From Balanoglossus misakiensis (Eukaryota; Animalia; Hemichordata): a stretch of 64,000 bases of DNA. Of this stretch, positions 22,301 to 35,019 are shown one piece after another. Position 1 is the stretch's first letter. Each line of letters begins with the position of its first letter. Under the pieces are notes generated by a model, which saw nothing but the letters and a program-made list of their open reading frames with translations, had not been told where the DNA came from and ran no database searches. Position numbers and translations under genes: made by a program. The stretch is from contig CM082590.2 of the NCBI GenBank assembly GCA_040954595.2, forward strand, positions 3,038,001 to 3,102,000. The letters are read 5' to 3'.

Positions 22301-25300
22301 TCAGATATAATGTCAACATGGCATTAGCAATGTCAAATTACAGTGCTTTTGGACACGTATTAACACAGGGATTTATAATCTACTTGAAATCCCTATATGC
22401 TTTTTATACCCATGTCTAAGCGAACTGTTTGCATCACTATCTACTGTGATGCATCATCAAGCATGCTTCGCCATTTACGCTGATGCAAAGAATCAGATTC
22501 AATGTCACCATTGCATTAGCAATGTCAAATTACAGTGCTTTTGGCCATGTATAAACATCGGGATTTATTATCAACTTGAAATCCCCATATGCTTTTTATA
22601 CCCATGTCAAAGCGAAGTGTTTGCATCACTATCTACAGTAATGCATCGTCAAGCATGCTTCGCCATTTGCCCTAATGCAAAGAATCACATTAAATGTCAC
22701 TGTTGCATTCGCAATGTCAAATTACTGTGCTTTTGGCCCCGTATTAACCTGGCGATTTACAGTCAACTTTAAATCCCCATATGCATTATATTCCAATGTC
22801 AATGTGAAGGGCTTGAAAAACCATCTACCCTGATGCATCATCAAGTTTGTTTCGCCATTAACCCTGATGCAAATAATCAGTGTCACCATAGCATTAGCAA
22901 TGGCAAATAAAAGTGCTTTCGGCCACATATTAACCCAGGGATTTATAATCAACTTGAAATCCCCATATGAATTTTATACCTATGTCAAAGCGAAGTGCTT
23001 GCATCAATATCTACCATGATGCATCATCAAGCTTGCTTCGCCATTTGCCCTAATGCAAAGAATCAGATTCAATGTCACTGTAGCATTAGCAATGTCAAAT
23101 TACAGTTCGTTTGGCCGTTTACTAACCTGGGGATTTACAATCAACTTTAAATCCCCATATGCATTATATTCTAATGTCAATGTGAAGGGCTTGAAACACC
23201 ATCTATCCTGATGCATCATCAAGCTTGCTTCACCATTTTCCCTGATGCAAAGAATCAGATTTAGTATCACGGTAGCATTAGCAATGTCAAATTACAGTGC
23301 CTATGGCCACGTATTAACCTCGGGATGTACGGACAACTTTAAATACCCTTGCATATACATTTAATACCTATGTCAAAATGCAGAGCTTGCATCACCATAT
23401 ACTCCAATGCATTATTAAGCTTGCTTCACCATTTTCCCTGATGCAAAGAATCAGATTAAATGTCACCGTTGTATTAGCAATGTCAAATTAAAGTGCTTTT
23501 GGACTTGTATTAACCCAGGGATTTACAGTCAACTTTTAATCCCCCTGTATACATTTTAAACCCCGGTGTCAAAGTTTAGTGATTGCATCACCATTGACCC
23601 TGGTGCATCATCAAGCATTCTTCAGAATTTGCCCTGATGCAAAGAATCAGATTCAATGTCACCCTTGCATTAGCAATTTTAAATTACAGTGCTTTTGGAC
23701 ATGTATTAACCTAGGGATTTACAGTCAACATTAAATACCCATGCACATGCATTAAATACCTATGTCAAAATGCATAGCTTGCATCACCATCTACTCCAAT
23801 GCATCATTAAGCTTGCTTAGCCATTTCCCCTAATGCAAAGAATTACATTCAATGTCACCATTTCATTAGCAATGTCAAATTACAGTGCTTTTGGATGCGT
23901 ATTAACCCAAGGATTTGTAATCAACTTGAAATCCCCATATGCATTTAATACCCATGTCAAAGTGAACTGTTTGCATCACTATCTACCGTGATGCATCATC
24001 AAGCCTGCATCGCCATTTACCCTTATGCATAGAATCAGATTCAATGTCACCGTTGCATTAGCAATGTCAAATAAAAGTGCTTTTGGCCATTATTAACCTA
24101 GGGATTTACAATCAACTTTAAATCCCCATATGCATTATATTCAAAAGACAATGTGAAGGGCTTGGAACACCATCTATCCTGATGCATCATCACGTTTGCT
24201 TCACCATTTATCCATATTCAATGTCACCCTTGCATTAGTAATTTTAAATTACAGTGCTTTTGGCCATGTATTAACCTCGGGATTTAGAGTCAACTTTAAA
24301 TATCAATGCGCATGCATTAAATACCCATGTCAAAGTGAAGTGTTTGCATCACTATCTACTGAGATGCATCATCAAGCTTGCATCGCCATTTACCCTGATG
24401 CAAAGACTCAGATTCAATATCATCATTGCATTAGCAATGTCAAATTACAGTGCTTATGGCCACGTATTAACCTGAGGATTTACAGTCAACATCAAATACC
24501 CATGCATATGCATTAAATACCTATGTCAAAGTGCAGAGCTTGCATCACCATCTACTCTGATGCACCATTAGGCTTGCTACGCCATTTCCCCTAATGCAAA
24601 GAATCACATTCAATGTCACCATTGCTTTTGGCCATGTATTAACCTGGGGATTTACAATCAACTTTAAATCCCCGTATGCGTTATATTCCAATGTCAATGT
24701 GAAGGGCTTGAAACACCATCTATCATGATACATCATCAAGCTTGCTTCACAATTTACCCTGATGCAAAGAATCAGATTTAGTATCACGGTAGCATTAGCA
24801 ATGTCAAATTACAGTGATTATGGCCACGTATTAACCTGGGGATTTACAGACAACTTTAAATACCCATGCATATACATTTAATACCTATGTCAAAATGCAG
24901 AGCTTGCATCACCATATACTCCGATGCATTATTAAGCTTGCTTCACCATTTGCCCTGATGCAAAGAATCAGATTAAATGTCACCGTTGTATTATCAATGT
25001 CAAATTACGGTGCTTTTGGACTTGTATTAACCTGGGGATTTACAGTCAACTTTTAATCCCCCTGTATACATTTTAAACCCCGGTGTCAAAGTTTAGTGAT
25101 TGCATCATCATTGACCCTGGTGCATCATCAAGCATTCTTCAGAATTTGCCCTGATGCAAAGAATCAGATTCAATATCACCCTTGCATTAGCAATTTTAAA
25201 TTACAGTGCTTTTGGACATGTATTAACCTGGGGATTTACAGTCAACATTAAATACCCATGCATAGGCATTAAATACCTATGTCACAATGCATAGCTTGCA

Positions 25301-28300
25301 TCACCATCTACTCTGATGCACCATTATGCTCGCTACGCCATTTCCCCTAATGCAAAGAATGACATTCAATGTCACCATTGCATTTGCAATTGTAAATTAC
25401 AGTGCTTTTGGCCATGTATTAACCTAGGGATTTTCAATCAACTTTAAATCCCCATATGCGTTATATTCCATTGTCAATGTGAAGGGCTTGAAACACCATC
25501 TGTCCTGATGCATCATCAAGCTTGCTTCACAATTTACCCCGATGGAAAGAATCAGATTTAATGTCATGGTAGCATTAGCAATGTCAAACTACAGTGCTTA
25601 TGGCCACGTATCAACCTGGGGATTTACAATCAACTTTAAATCCCCATATGCGTTATATTCCAATGTCAATGTGAAGGGCTTGAAATACCATCTACCCTGA
25701 TGCATCATCAAGTTTGTTTTGACAACTTTAAATCCCCTTCAGCATGCATTTAATCCCCATGTCAAAGTGCAGAGCTTGCATCACCATCTATCCTGATGCA
25801 TCATCAAGCTGCTTCGCCATTTGCCCTGATGCAAAGAATCAGATATAGTGTCACCATTGCATAAGCAATGTCAAATTACAGTGCTTTTGGACACGTATTA
25901 ACACAGGGATTTATAATCTATTTGAAATCCCTATATGCTTTTTATACCCATGTCTAAGCGAAGTGTTTGCATCACTATCTACTGTGATGCATCGTCAAGC
26001 ATGCTTCGCCATTTGCCTTAATGCAAAGAATCAGATTAAATGTCACTGTTGCATTCGCAATGTCAAATTACTGTGCTTTTGGCCACGTATTAACCTGGCG
26101 ATTTACAGTCAACTTTAAACATCTGTGCATATGCATTAAATACGCATGTCAAAGTGCAGTGTCTCCATCACCATTGATCCTGATGCATCACCAAGCATGC
26201 TTCGCTATATGCCCTGATGCAAAGAATCAGATTTAGTATCACAGTAGCATTAGCCATGTCAAATTACAGTGCTTTTGGCTATGTATTAACCTGGGGATTT
26301 ACAATCAACTTTAAATCCCCATATGCATTATATTCCAATGTCAATGTGAAGGGCTTGAAATACCATCTACCCTGATGCATCATCAAGTTTGTTTCGCCAT
26401 TAACCCTGATGCAAATAATCAGTGTCACCATAGCATCAGCAATGTCAAATTACTGAGCATTTGGCCATGTATTAACTTGCGGGTTTACAATCAACTTCAA
26501 ATCCCCATATGCATTATATTGCAATGTTAACTTGAACGGCTTGAAACACCATCTATACTGATGCATCATCAAGCTTTCTTCACAATTTACCCTGATGCAA
26601 AGAATCAGATTTAGTGTCGCCATAGCATTAGCAATGGCAAATAAAAGTGCTTTCGGCCACATATTAACCCAGGGATTTATAATCAACTTGAAATCCCTAT
26701 ATGAATTTTATAACTATGTCAAAGCGAAGTGCTTGCATCAATATCTACCGTGATGCATCATCAAGCTTGCTTCGCCATTTGCCCTAATGCCAAAGAATCA
26801 GATTCAATGTCACTGTTGCATTAGCAATGTCAAATTATAGTGCGTTTGGCCGTATACTAACCTGGGGATTTACAATCAACTTTAAATCCCCATATGCATT
26901 ATATTCTAATATCAATGTGAAGGGCTTGAAACACCATCTATCATGATGCAACATCAAGCTTGCTTCACCATTTTCCCTGATGCAAAAAATCAGATTTAGT
27001 GTCATGGTAGCATTAGCAAATCCCCATATGCATTTGATACCCATGTCAAAGTGAAGTGTTTGCATCACTATCTACCGTGATGCATCATCAAGCTTGCATC
27101 GCCATTCACCCTTATGCAAAGAATCAGATTCAATGTCACCGTTGCATTAGCAATGTCAAATTACAGTGCTTATGGCCACGTATTAACCTGAGGATTTACA
27201 GTCAACATTAAATACCCATGCATATCCATTAAATACCTATGTCAAAGTGCAGAGCTTGCATCACCATTTACTCTGATGCACCATTAGGCTTGCTACGCCA
27301 TTTCCCCTAATGCAAAGAATCACATTCAATGTCACCATTGCATTAGCAATTTTAAATTACAGTGTTTTTGGCCATGTATTAACCTATGGATTTGCAATTA
27401 ACTTTAAATCCCCATATGCGTTATATTCCAATGTCAAGTGAAGGGCTTGAAACACCATCTATCCTGATGCATCATCAAGCTTGCTTCACAATTTACCCTG
27501 ATGCAAAAAATCACATTCAGCGTCACCATTTCATTAGCAATGTCAAATTACAGTGCTTATTGCCACGTATTAACCTGGGAATTTACAGACAACTTTAAAT
27601 ACCCATGCATATACATTAAATACCTATGTCAAAGTGCAGAGCTTGCATCACCATTTACTCTGATGCACCATTAGGCTTGCTACGCCATTTCCCCTAATGC
27701 AAAGAATCACATTCAATGTCACCATTGCATTAGCAATTTTAAATTACAGTGTTTTTGGCCATGTATTAACCTATGGATTTGCAATTAACTTTAAATCCCC
27801 ATATGCGTTATATTCCAATGTCAAGTGAAGGGCTTGAAACACCATCTATCCTGATGCATCATCAAGCTTGCTTCACAATTTACCCTGATGCAAAAAATCA
27901 CATTCAGCGTCACCATTTCATTAGCAATGTCAAATTACAGTGCTTATTGCCACGTATTAACCTGGGAATTTACAGACAACTTTAAATACCCATGCATATA
28001 CATTAAATACCTATGTCAAAGTGCAGAGCTTGCATCACCATCTATTCTGATGCATCATTAGGTTTGCATCGCCATTCCCCCTAATGCAAAGAATCAGATT
28101 CAATGTCACCCTTGCATTAGCAATTTTAAATTACAGTGCTTTTGGACATGTATTAACCTAGGGATTTTCAATCAACTTTAAATCCCCATATGCGTTATAT
28201 TCCATTGTAAATGTGAAGGGCTTGAAACACCATCTGTCCTGATGCATCATCAAGCTTGCTTCACAATTTACCCCGATGGAAAGAATCAGATTTAATGTCA

Positions 28301-30172
28301 CGGTAGCATTAGCAATGTCAAACTACAGTGCTTATGGCCACGTATCAACCTGGGGATTTACAATCAACTTTAAATCCCCATATGCGTTATATTCCAATGT
28401 CAATGTGAAGGGCTTGAAATACCATCTACCCTGATCCATCATCAAGCTGCTTCCCCATTTGCCCTGATGCAAAGAATCAGATATAGTGTCAACATTGCAT
28501 TAGCAATGTCAAATTACAGTGCTTTTGGACACGTATTAACACAGGGATTTATAATCTACTTGAAATCCCTATATGCTTTTTATACCCATGTCTAAGCGAA
28601 GTGTTTGCATCACTATCTACTGTGATGCATCATCAAGCATGCTTCGCCATTTACGCTGATGCAAAGAATCAGATTCAATGTCACCATTGCATTAGCAATG
28701 TCAAATTACAGTGCTTTTGGCCATGTATAAACATCGGGATTTATAATCAACTTGAAATCCCCATATGCTTTTTATACCCATGTCAAAGCGAAGTGTTTGC
28801 ATCACTATCTACAGTAATGCATCGTCAAGCATGCTTCGCCATTTGCCCTAATGCAAAGAATCACATTAAATGTCACTGTTGCATTCGCAATGTCAAATTA
28901 CTGTGCTTTTGGCCACGTATTAACCTGGCGATTTACAGTCAACTTTAAATCCCCATATGCATTATATTCCAATGTCAATGTGAAGGGCTTGAAAAACCAT
29001 CTACCCTGATGCATCATCAAGTTTGTTTCGCCATTAACCCTGATGCAAATAATCAGTGTCACCATAGCATTAGCAATGGCAAATAAAAGTGCTTTCGGCC
29101 AAATATTAACCCAGGGATTTATAATCAACTTGAAATCCCCATATGAATTTTATACCTATGTCAAAGCGAAGTGCTTGCATCAATATCTACCGTGATGCAT
29201 CATCAAGCTTGCTTCGCCATTTGCCCTAATGCAAAGAATCAGATTCAATGTCACTGTAGCATTAGCAATGTCAAATTACAGTTCGTTTGGCCGTTTACTA
29301 ACCTGGGAATTTACAATCAACTTTAAATCCCCATATGCATTATATTCTAATGTCAATGTGAAGGGCTTGAAACACCATCTATCTTGATGCATCATCAAGC
29401 TTGCTTCACCATTTTCCCTGATGCAAAGAATCAGATTTAGTATCACGGTAGCATTAGCAATGTCAAATTACAGTGCCTATGGCCACGTATTAACCTCGGG
29501 ATGTACGGACAACTTTAAATACCCTTGCATATACATTTAATACCTATGTCAAAATGCAGAGCTTGCATCACCATATACTCCAATGCATTATTAAGCTTGC
29601 TTCACCATTTTCCCTGATGCAAAGAATCAGATTAAATGTCACCGTTGTATTAGCAATGTCAAATTAAAGTGCTTTTGGACTTGTATTAACCCAGGGATTT
29701 ACAGTCAACTTTTAATCCCCCTGTATACATTTTAAACCCCGGTGTCAAAGTTTAGTGATTGCATCACCATTGACCCTGGTGCATCATCAAGCATTCTTCA
29801 GAATTTGCCCTGATGCAAAGAATCAGATTCAATGTCACCATTGCATTAGCAATTTTAAATTACAGTGCTTTTGGACATGTATTAACCTAGGGATTTACAG
29901 TCAACATTAAATACCCATGCACATGCATTAAATACCTATGTCAAAATGCATAGCTTGCATCACCATCTACTCCAATGCATCATTAAGCTTGCTTAGCCAT
30001 TTCCCCTAATGCAAAGAATTACATTCAATGTCACCATTTCATTAGCAATGTCAAATTACAGTGCTTTTGGATGCGTATTAACCCAAGGATTTGTAATCAA
30101 CTTGAAATCCCCATATGCATTTAATACCCATGTCAAAGTGAACTGTTTGCATCACTATCTACCGTGATGCAT

Positions 30173-30353
30173 TGTAAAGCAATGTCACTGGTTAAAAGAT
30201 GACTGGATGACTTTGATTGTGTAGGCTATAACACTGACGTTTATTCACTAGAGAGCAGCCATGATGAACAACGGTTGATGGGTAATACAATGCTTGAATA
30301 AAGTTCACCACTGATGGCGCTATGCTGGAATCAATGTACTTAAGAATATAACA
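30173..30353 (-). repeat. 3' LTR of Gypsy element 2
   Basis: TGTAAAGCAATG...GAATATAACA, identical to 34839-35019. Confidence 0.95.
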
Positions 30354-30703
30354 TCCCTTCTTGTTTAAAGTTGAATATCAAGCAACAATTAACTGGTGAT
30401 AAGTGTTCATGAAATGTTCGAGTGAGATCTGCATGCAACACTATCTGTTTTAAGAGTCTGATTGTTCGAAGCCGTCAATGAAAAGTCCTGTTAAGAAGTT
30501 GACGGGAATGTCTCAAAACTGTTTCAACCTCACTGATAACTAGACAAAAGAGGATATTTGAACTTTACAAACTGAACTCTGTTAAACTGCAAAACTCGAG
30601 AAAATGCAAAAGTCACTGTTGCAACAAATTTCTCTCTCTCTCCTATTTTTTTTTTTTTTTTTTTTTTTTTTTGTATTGCCGAGCATAGTCTATTGGTAAT
30701 TTA

Positions 30704-33700
30704 CTAGTCAGTTACAAAGTCATTGTATTTTGAAGGCATCTGTATTTTCCTTCTAGGTCTGGGGGTTTGTAGGACAGGTTCTTCAGGTTCCTTATCTGCC
30801 GTGTCTTCTTGGTGGCCAGGACTTGCTTGCTGAGTGGTTTCCGGCTGAGGTCTCAGGTGTATTCTGTTCCTTCTCAGCTGGCTTCCTCCTTCTGTTTCGA
30901 CTATGTAGGAGCGAGGTGTACTGGCTGTGCTTATAATCTTGGCAGGGGTCCATGTCTTTTTGATGGGACTCTGGACGTTGACCTTTTGACCTTCATACAG
31001 CTCCGGTAATGCTCTGGCATGTTGATTGTAGTGATGAATTTGTGTATCTTGGTTTGATTTAAGGTGTTGATGGATTTCTTCGCGGTTCATCGGTGGTGTT
31101 ATCTTCGTTGGAAGTGTGGTTTTGTATCTCCTGCCGTTTAGTAATTCAGCTGGTGACGCTATGTTAGTACTGAGTGGCGTTGCCCGTAGCGACAGCATTG
31201 CTATGTTGGGGTCTTCTCCAGTTCCCTTGCATTTGTTGAGTATCTTCTCAACCGTCTGGATGTGGCGTTCTATGAAACCATGGCCTTTTGGGTAATATGG
31301 CGATGAGGTTTTGATTTTGAAACCGTATTGTTCAGCGAAAGCCCGGTATTCTCTGGCAGTGAATTGTGAGCCGTTGTCACAGATGAGGACTTCTGGAATG
31401 CCCTGTTCTGAGAATAGGATTTTGCTAACTCTCAGTATTGTGCTCGCTCGCAAGTTTTCCAGTTTTCTTATGAACGGGAATTTCGAGTAGTAGTCTGCGA
31501 TGATGAGGTGCCACGTGTCATTTGTGTAGAACAGATCAGCTCCTACAGTGTGCCATGGTCTTGGAGGGATTTCTGTGGGGATCATGGGCTCTTTTTGTTG
31601 CGAGTTCTGGAATCTCTGGCATGCATCACACGTTGCGACTGCTTGTTCTATGTCTTTGTAGATCCCTGGCCAATATACGCATGATTTGGCCCGAAGTTTG
31701 CACTTTTCCATTCCTAAGTGCCCTTGGTGGATTTGGTGCAGTATGTCCTGTCTCATGCTTGTGGGGATTAGTAGCCGACTGCCCACTAGAAGTATGCCGT
31801 TCTCCACTGATATGTCATCGCGAATTGTCCAGTATTCACGTATGGCTAGTTGTATTTTCTCTATACTATCAGGCCAACCATGCAGTATTTGCTGTGTCAG
31901 TATTTGGAGCTTGGCATCTTTTGCGGTCTCTTCTCTGATTTGTGTCAGTTTGACTGGGGTGACGTTTGTCAGGTGGTGGATCTTTACCTCCATTTCTGGT
32001 ATTTCTTTTTTGTCATGTGGTGATAATCGTGATAGTGCATCAGCTATTACCATTTGTCTGCCCGGCCTGTATACTATGTCAAAGTCATATGGCTGTAAGC
32101 GAAGTAACATACGCTGTAGACGTGGTGGTGCTTGGGTCAGGTTTTTCTTGTGTATTTGTTCTAGTGGACGGTGGTCACTCACAACCTGGAATTTTCGGGC
32201 ATACAGGTATGTGTGGAATTTCTCACAGCCATATACTACTGCTAATAGCTCTCGTTCAATGTTTGCATATCTGCTTTCGGCAGGTGTCAGGGCCTTTGAT
32301 GCGAAGGCAATTGGACGGTTGTCCTGTATCAGTACGGTTCCTATTCCTATGCCAGATGAGTCAACTTCTAAGGTTACTGGCTTCTTCTGGTCATAGTATT
32401 TCAGTGTTGTGTCTGCACTGATTAGGCATTTGATTGCGTTGAATCGCATGGTGTGTGATTCAGTCCACCTGAACTTTACATCTTCATGGAGGAGCTCCCT
32501 CAATGGAGCAGTGTGTTCTGCCAGTTTGGGGATGTATGGACCCATGTAGTTTACTAGCCCAAGAAAGGTTCGAAGCTCTTTCTTATCACTCGGTGGTCGC
32601 ATCATCTCAATGGCTTGAACTTTCTCTGGATTCGGCTTGACTCCTTTATCTGTGTACAGGTTTCCAAAGAAACTGCACTCGGTGACTTTTATTTTGCATT
32701 TGTCTTTGTTCAGCTTGATTCCTGCCTGTCTTGTTTTCTCCATGGCTTCATGGAGGTGAAGGTCATGGTTCTCTTCATCATAACCGTATACTTGGACATC
32801 ATCTGTTATTCCGATGGCTCCGCTGCAGTCACGATATGCTTCATCTATCTTGTACTGGAATATGTCCTGGCTCATTTTGAGGCCAAATGGCATGCGCAGG
32901 AACCGGTAGCGACCGAATGGGGTGTTGAAAGTGGTGAGCAGTGATGACTGTTCGTTCAACTTGACGTTCCAGTACCCGTTTTTGGCATCGAGTTTGCTGA
33001 ATAGTTTTGCACCAGATAGCTTAGGAGTAATCTCCTCTAAGGTCGGTGTTGGGTGGTGTTCCCTCTTGATAGCCCTGTTCAGGTCTTTTGGGTCTAGGCA
33101 CAATCGCAGTCTGCCATTGTCCTTTTCTCGGATCACTAGTGAGTTAACCCAGTCTGTTGGTTGGGTCACTTTGGTGATTATTTCTTTTTCTTCCATTTCT
33201 TTGAGCTCTACTTTAAGTCTATCTCTTAATTCTAGAGGTACTCGACGAGCTGCATGTATTACTGGTGTTATCTCTGGGTCTAGCGTGATATTGTATGTAT
33301 AGTCTGTGAAACATCCAACAATGTCATCAAAGCAGTCAGGATACATTTCCATTAAATGTTCTTTGTTTTGTATTGGTGGTCGGTCTTTCAACGGTGTTGT
33401 GCTTTTGATGTAGTTGGGACGTTCTTCCTTTTGCTGATTGACTGGATTTGTCATATGTTTGGGTTGTTGGTGCTGACTGGCAGGCTCTGGTTGTTCTCTT
33501 GTGACTGTGTAGTGTAGTGATATCAGGCTCAGTGCTTGGCATGCTTTCAAACCGAGTATGGCTGGACCAGGCTCATCAGTTACGTAGAAAATGCAGTTGA
33601 ATTTCCTTCCTCTGTGTTGGCAAGGAATTGTTACTGTTCCTAGTTGCTTGATCTTCGATCCACCATACGCTGTTAGGATTACCCTGGAATCCTGTAGTTC

Positions 33701-34744
33701 TCCTGCTTTTGGGTTGTCAGTACTGTCCAGTTTGTCTGGGTAGATCATTCGGTATAGTCGGATTGGGAGTATGTTGCTTTGTGCTCCTGTGTCGATTTTG
33801 CATTTTAGATCTATTTTCTGTTTCATATTAGGCCGATCGATGCGCAACAAGGTGAAAATTTCTTCTTTGTTGTCATTATCTGTCATGACTGTGCCGATTG
33901 TTAGAGTTTCTTGTTCAATATCATCGGTATATTGACTTATGTCATGTATTTGTCTCCTGGTTGGATTGGTTTGCCTGCGGCTATATTGGTTCGTGTCTGA
34001 TCGACATACCGACTGCCAGTGGTTTTGTTTTCCGCATCTGTGACATCGACTACCATATGCTGGGCATTTGTGTCTGGGTAGTGCATCATGTTTCTTCCCA
34101 CAATTGGTGCATTGTTTCAGCTGTGTGGGTTTGGTATCAGTGGGTTGTTTCTTTATGGCGTCGACTGTGTTGCTGACTGGGTTTTCTGGTTTATTATTCA
34201 ATGTTTTCATTTGTTTGCTAGTGGCTTCATGACTGCGGGCAACGTCTATTGCGTCCTTCAGCGTGAGTGTTTCGTCACGGCCGATTAGTAGTTTCTGCAC
34301 CTCGTGATGACAGGAGCCCCAAATCAGTTGATCCACTAACCTTTTTTCTTTTTCGTTACCGAATTTGCATTTTGCTGCGAGGTTCTTCATTCTTGAGATG
34401 AAGTTGTCTATTGGCTCATCATGGTTTTGTTTCAGATCTTGAAAGTTGTATCGGTGAATACGGTGGTTGGATTTTGGCTCTAGATGTGTGGCAAACTTTT
34501 CGAATATTTTGTCAGGTTTCTTTTTATCATCTTCATCATCAAAAGTCCAACTGTTGTACATATCTAATCCCTTTTCACCAGACCATAGTAACAGGTAGCT
34601 CACCTTTTCTTCATCAGCAGCCTCTTTCAGTGCACTTTTGAATGTAAGTTCGCATTTTTGTTTGAATCTCGAAAAGGCGATGGTTATATCCGGGGCGTCC
34701 CAGTCCATCTGTGGCGGTGGTAGTTGGGCTTGTAATGACGCCAT
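30704..34744 (-). CDS. gag-pol: Single gag-pol polyprotein, 1346 aa (gag, protease, RT, RNase H, integrase)
   Basis: CHRCGKQNHWQSVC knuckle, IDTGA protease, LRLCLDPKDLN and ITDD (RT), VDSSG and SDHRPL (RNase H), HQGHLG..C..C, CDNGSQF and GFIER (integrase); no stops. Confidence 0.96.
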   Translation of the reverse strand: MASLQAQLPPPQMDWDAPDITIAFSRFKQKCELTFKSALKEAADEEKVSYLLLWSGEKGLDMYNSWTFDDEDDKKKPDKIFEKFATHLEPKSNHRIHRYNFQDLKQNHDEPIDNFISRMKNLAAKCKFGNEKEKRLVDQLIWGSCHHEVQKLLIGRDETLTLKDAIDVARSHEATSKQMKTLNNKPENPVSNTVDAIKKQPTDTKPTQLKQCTNCGKKHDALPRHKCPAYGSRCHRCGKQNHWQSVCRSDTNQYSRRQTNPTRRQIHDISQYTDDIEQETLTIGTVMTDNDNKEEIFTLLRIDRPNMKQKIDLKCKIDTGAQSNILPIRLYRMIYPDKLDSTDNPKAGELQDSRVILTAYGGSKIKQLGTVTIPCQHRGRKFNCIFYVTDEPGPAILGLKACQALSLISLHYTVTREQPEPASQHQQPKHMTNPVNQQKEERPNYIKSTTPLKDRPPIQNKEHLMEMYPDCFDDIVGCFTDYTYNITLDPEITPVIHAARRVPLELRDRLKVELKEMEEKEIITKVTQPTDWVNSLVIREKDNGRLRLCLDPKDLNRAIKREHHPTPTLEEITPKLSGAKLFSKLDAKNGYWNVKLNEQSSLLTTFNTPFGRYRFLRMPFGLKMSQDIFQYKIDEAYRDCSGAIGITDDVQVYGYDEENHDLHLHEAMEKTRQAGIKLNKDKCKIKVTECSFFGNLYTDKGVKPNPEKVQAIEMMRPPSDKKELRTFLGLVNYMGPYIPKLAEHTAPLRELLHEDVKFRWTESHTMRFNAIKCLISADTTLKYYDQKKPVTLEVDSSGIGIGTVLIQDNRPIAFASKALTPAESRYANIERELLAVVYGCEKFHTYLYARKFQVVSDHRPLEQIHKKNLTQAPPRLQRMLLRLQPYDFDIVYRPGRQMVIADALSRLSPHDKKEIPEMEVKIHHLTNVTPVKLTQIREETAKDAKLQILTQQILHGWPDSIEKIQLAIREYWTIRDDISVENGILLVGSRLLIPTSMRQDILHQIHQGHLGMEKCKLRAKSCVYWPGIYKDIEQAVATCDACQRFQNSQQKEPMIPTEIPPRPWHTVGADLFYTNDTWHLIIADYYSKFPFIRKLENLRASTILRVSKILFSEQGIPEVLICDNGSQFTAREYRAFAEQYGFKIKTSSPYYPKGHGFIERHIQTVEKILNKCKGTGEDPNIAMLSLRATPLSTNIASPAELLNGRRYKTTLPTKITPPMNREEIHQHLKSNQDTQIHHYNQHARALPELYEGQKVNVQSPIKKTWTPAKIISTASTPRSYIVETEGGSQLRRNRIHLRPQPETTQQASPGHQEDTADKEPEEPVLQTPRPRRKIQMPSKYNDFVTD

Positions 34745-34825
34745 ATTTGTGACTTGAAAAATGTCCGGTTGTTTCGGTCTATGTGTTTTTTTGTATGGGT
34801 ATCTGGAGTCGCAGTATCGTAGTTT

Positions 34826-34838
34826 ACCGCTGCCACCA
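34826..34838 (-). promoter_or_regulatory. Primer binding site, tRNA-Leu-like
   Basis: Minus strand TGGTGGCAGCGGT directly after the 5' LTR; complementary to a ...ACCGCTGCCA-CCA tRNA end (assignment from recall). Confidence 0.72.
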
Positions 34839-35019
34839 TGTAAAGCAATGTCACTGGTTAAAAGATGACTGGATGACTTTGATTGTGTAGGCTATAACAC
34901 TGACGTTTATTCACTAGAGAGCAGCCATGATGAACAACGGTTGATGGGTAATACAATGCTTGAATAAAGTTCACCACTGATGGCGCTATGCTGGAATCAA
35001 TGTACTTAAGAATATAACA
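34839..35019 (-). repeat. 5' LTR of Gypsy element 2
   Basis: Identical to 30173-30353 and adjacent to the PBS. Confidence 0.95.

Larger units (their letters stand above)
30173..35019 (-). mobile_element. Gypsy/Ty3 (Mag-like) LTR retrotransposon, intact, inserted in the satellite
   Basis: Identical 181-bp TG..CA LTRs (30173-30353, 34839-35019); TSD TGCAT (30168-30172, 35020-35024); PBS at 34826-34838; PPT at ~30354-30362; the empty site is visible in HOR copies at ~23990 and ~49760. Confidence 0.97.

Noticed and set aside
31522-33302. Plus-strand ORFs up to 236 aa opposite Gypsy 2 pol (similar ORFs oppose Gypsy 1 and the YR element)
   Set aside because: Antisense shadows of long coding frames with no recognisable motifs.
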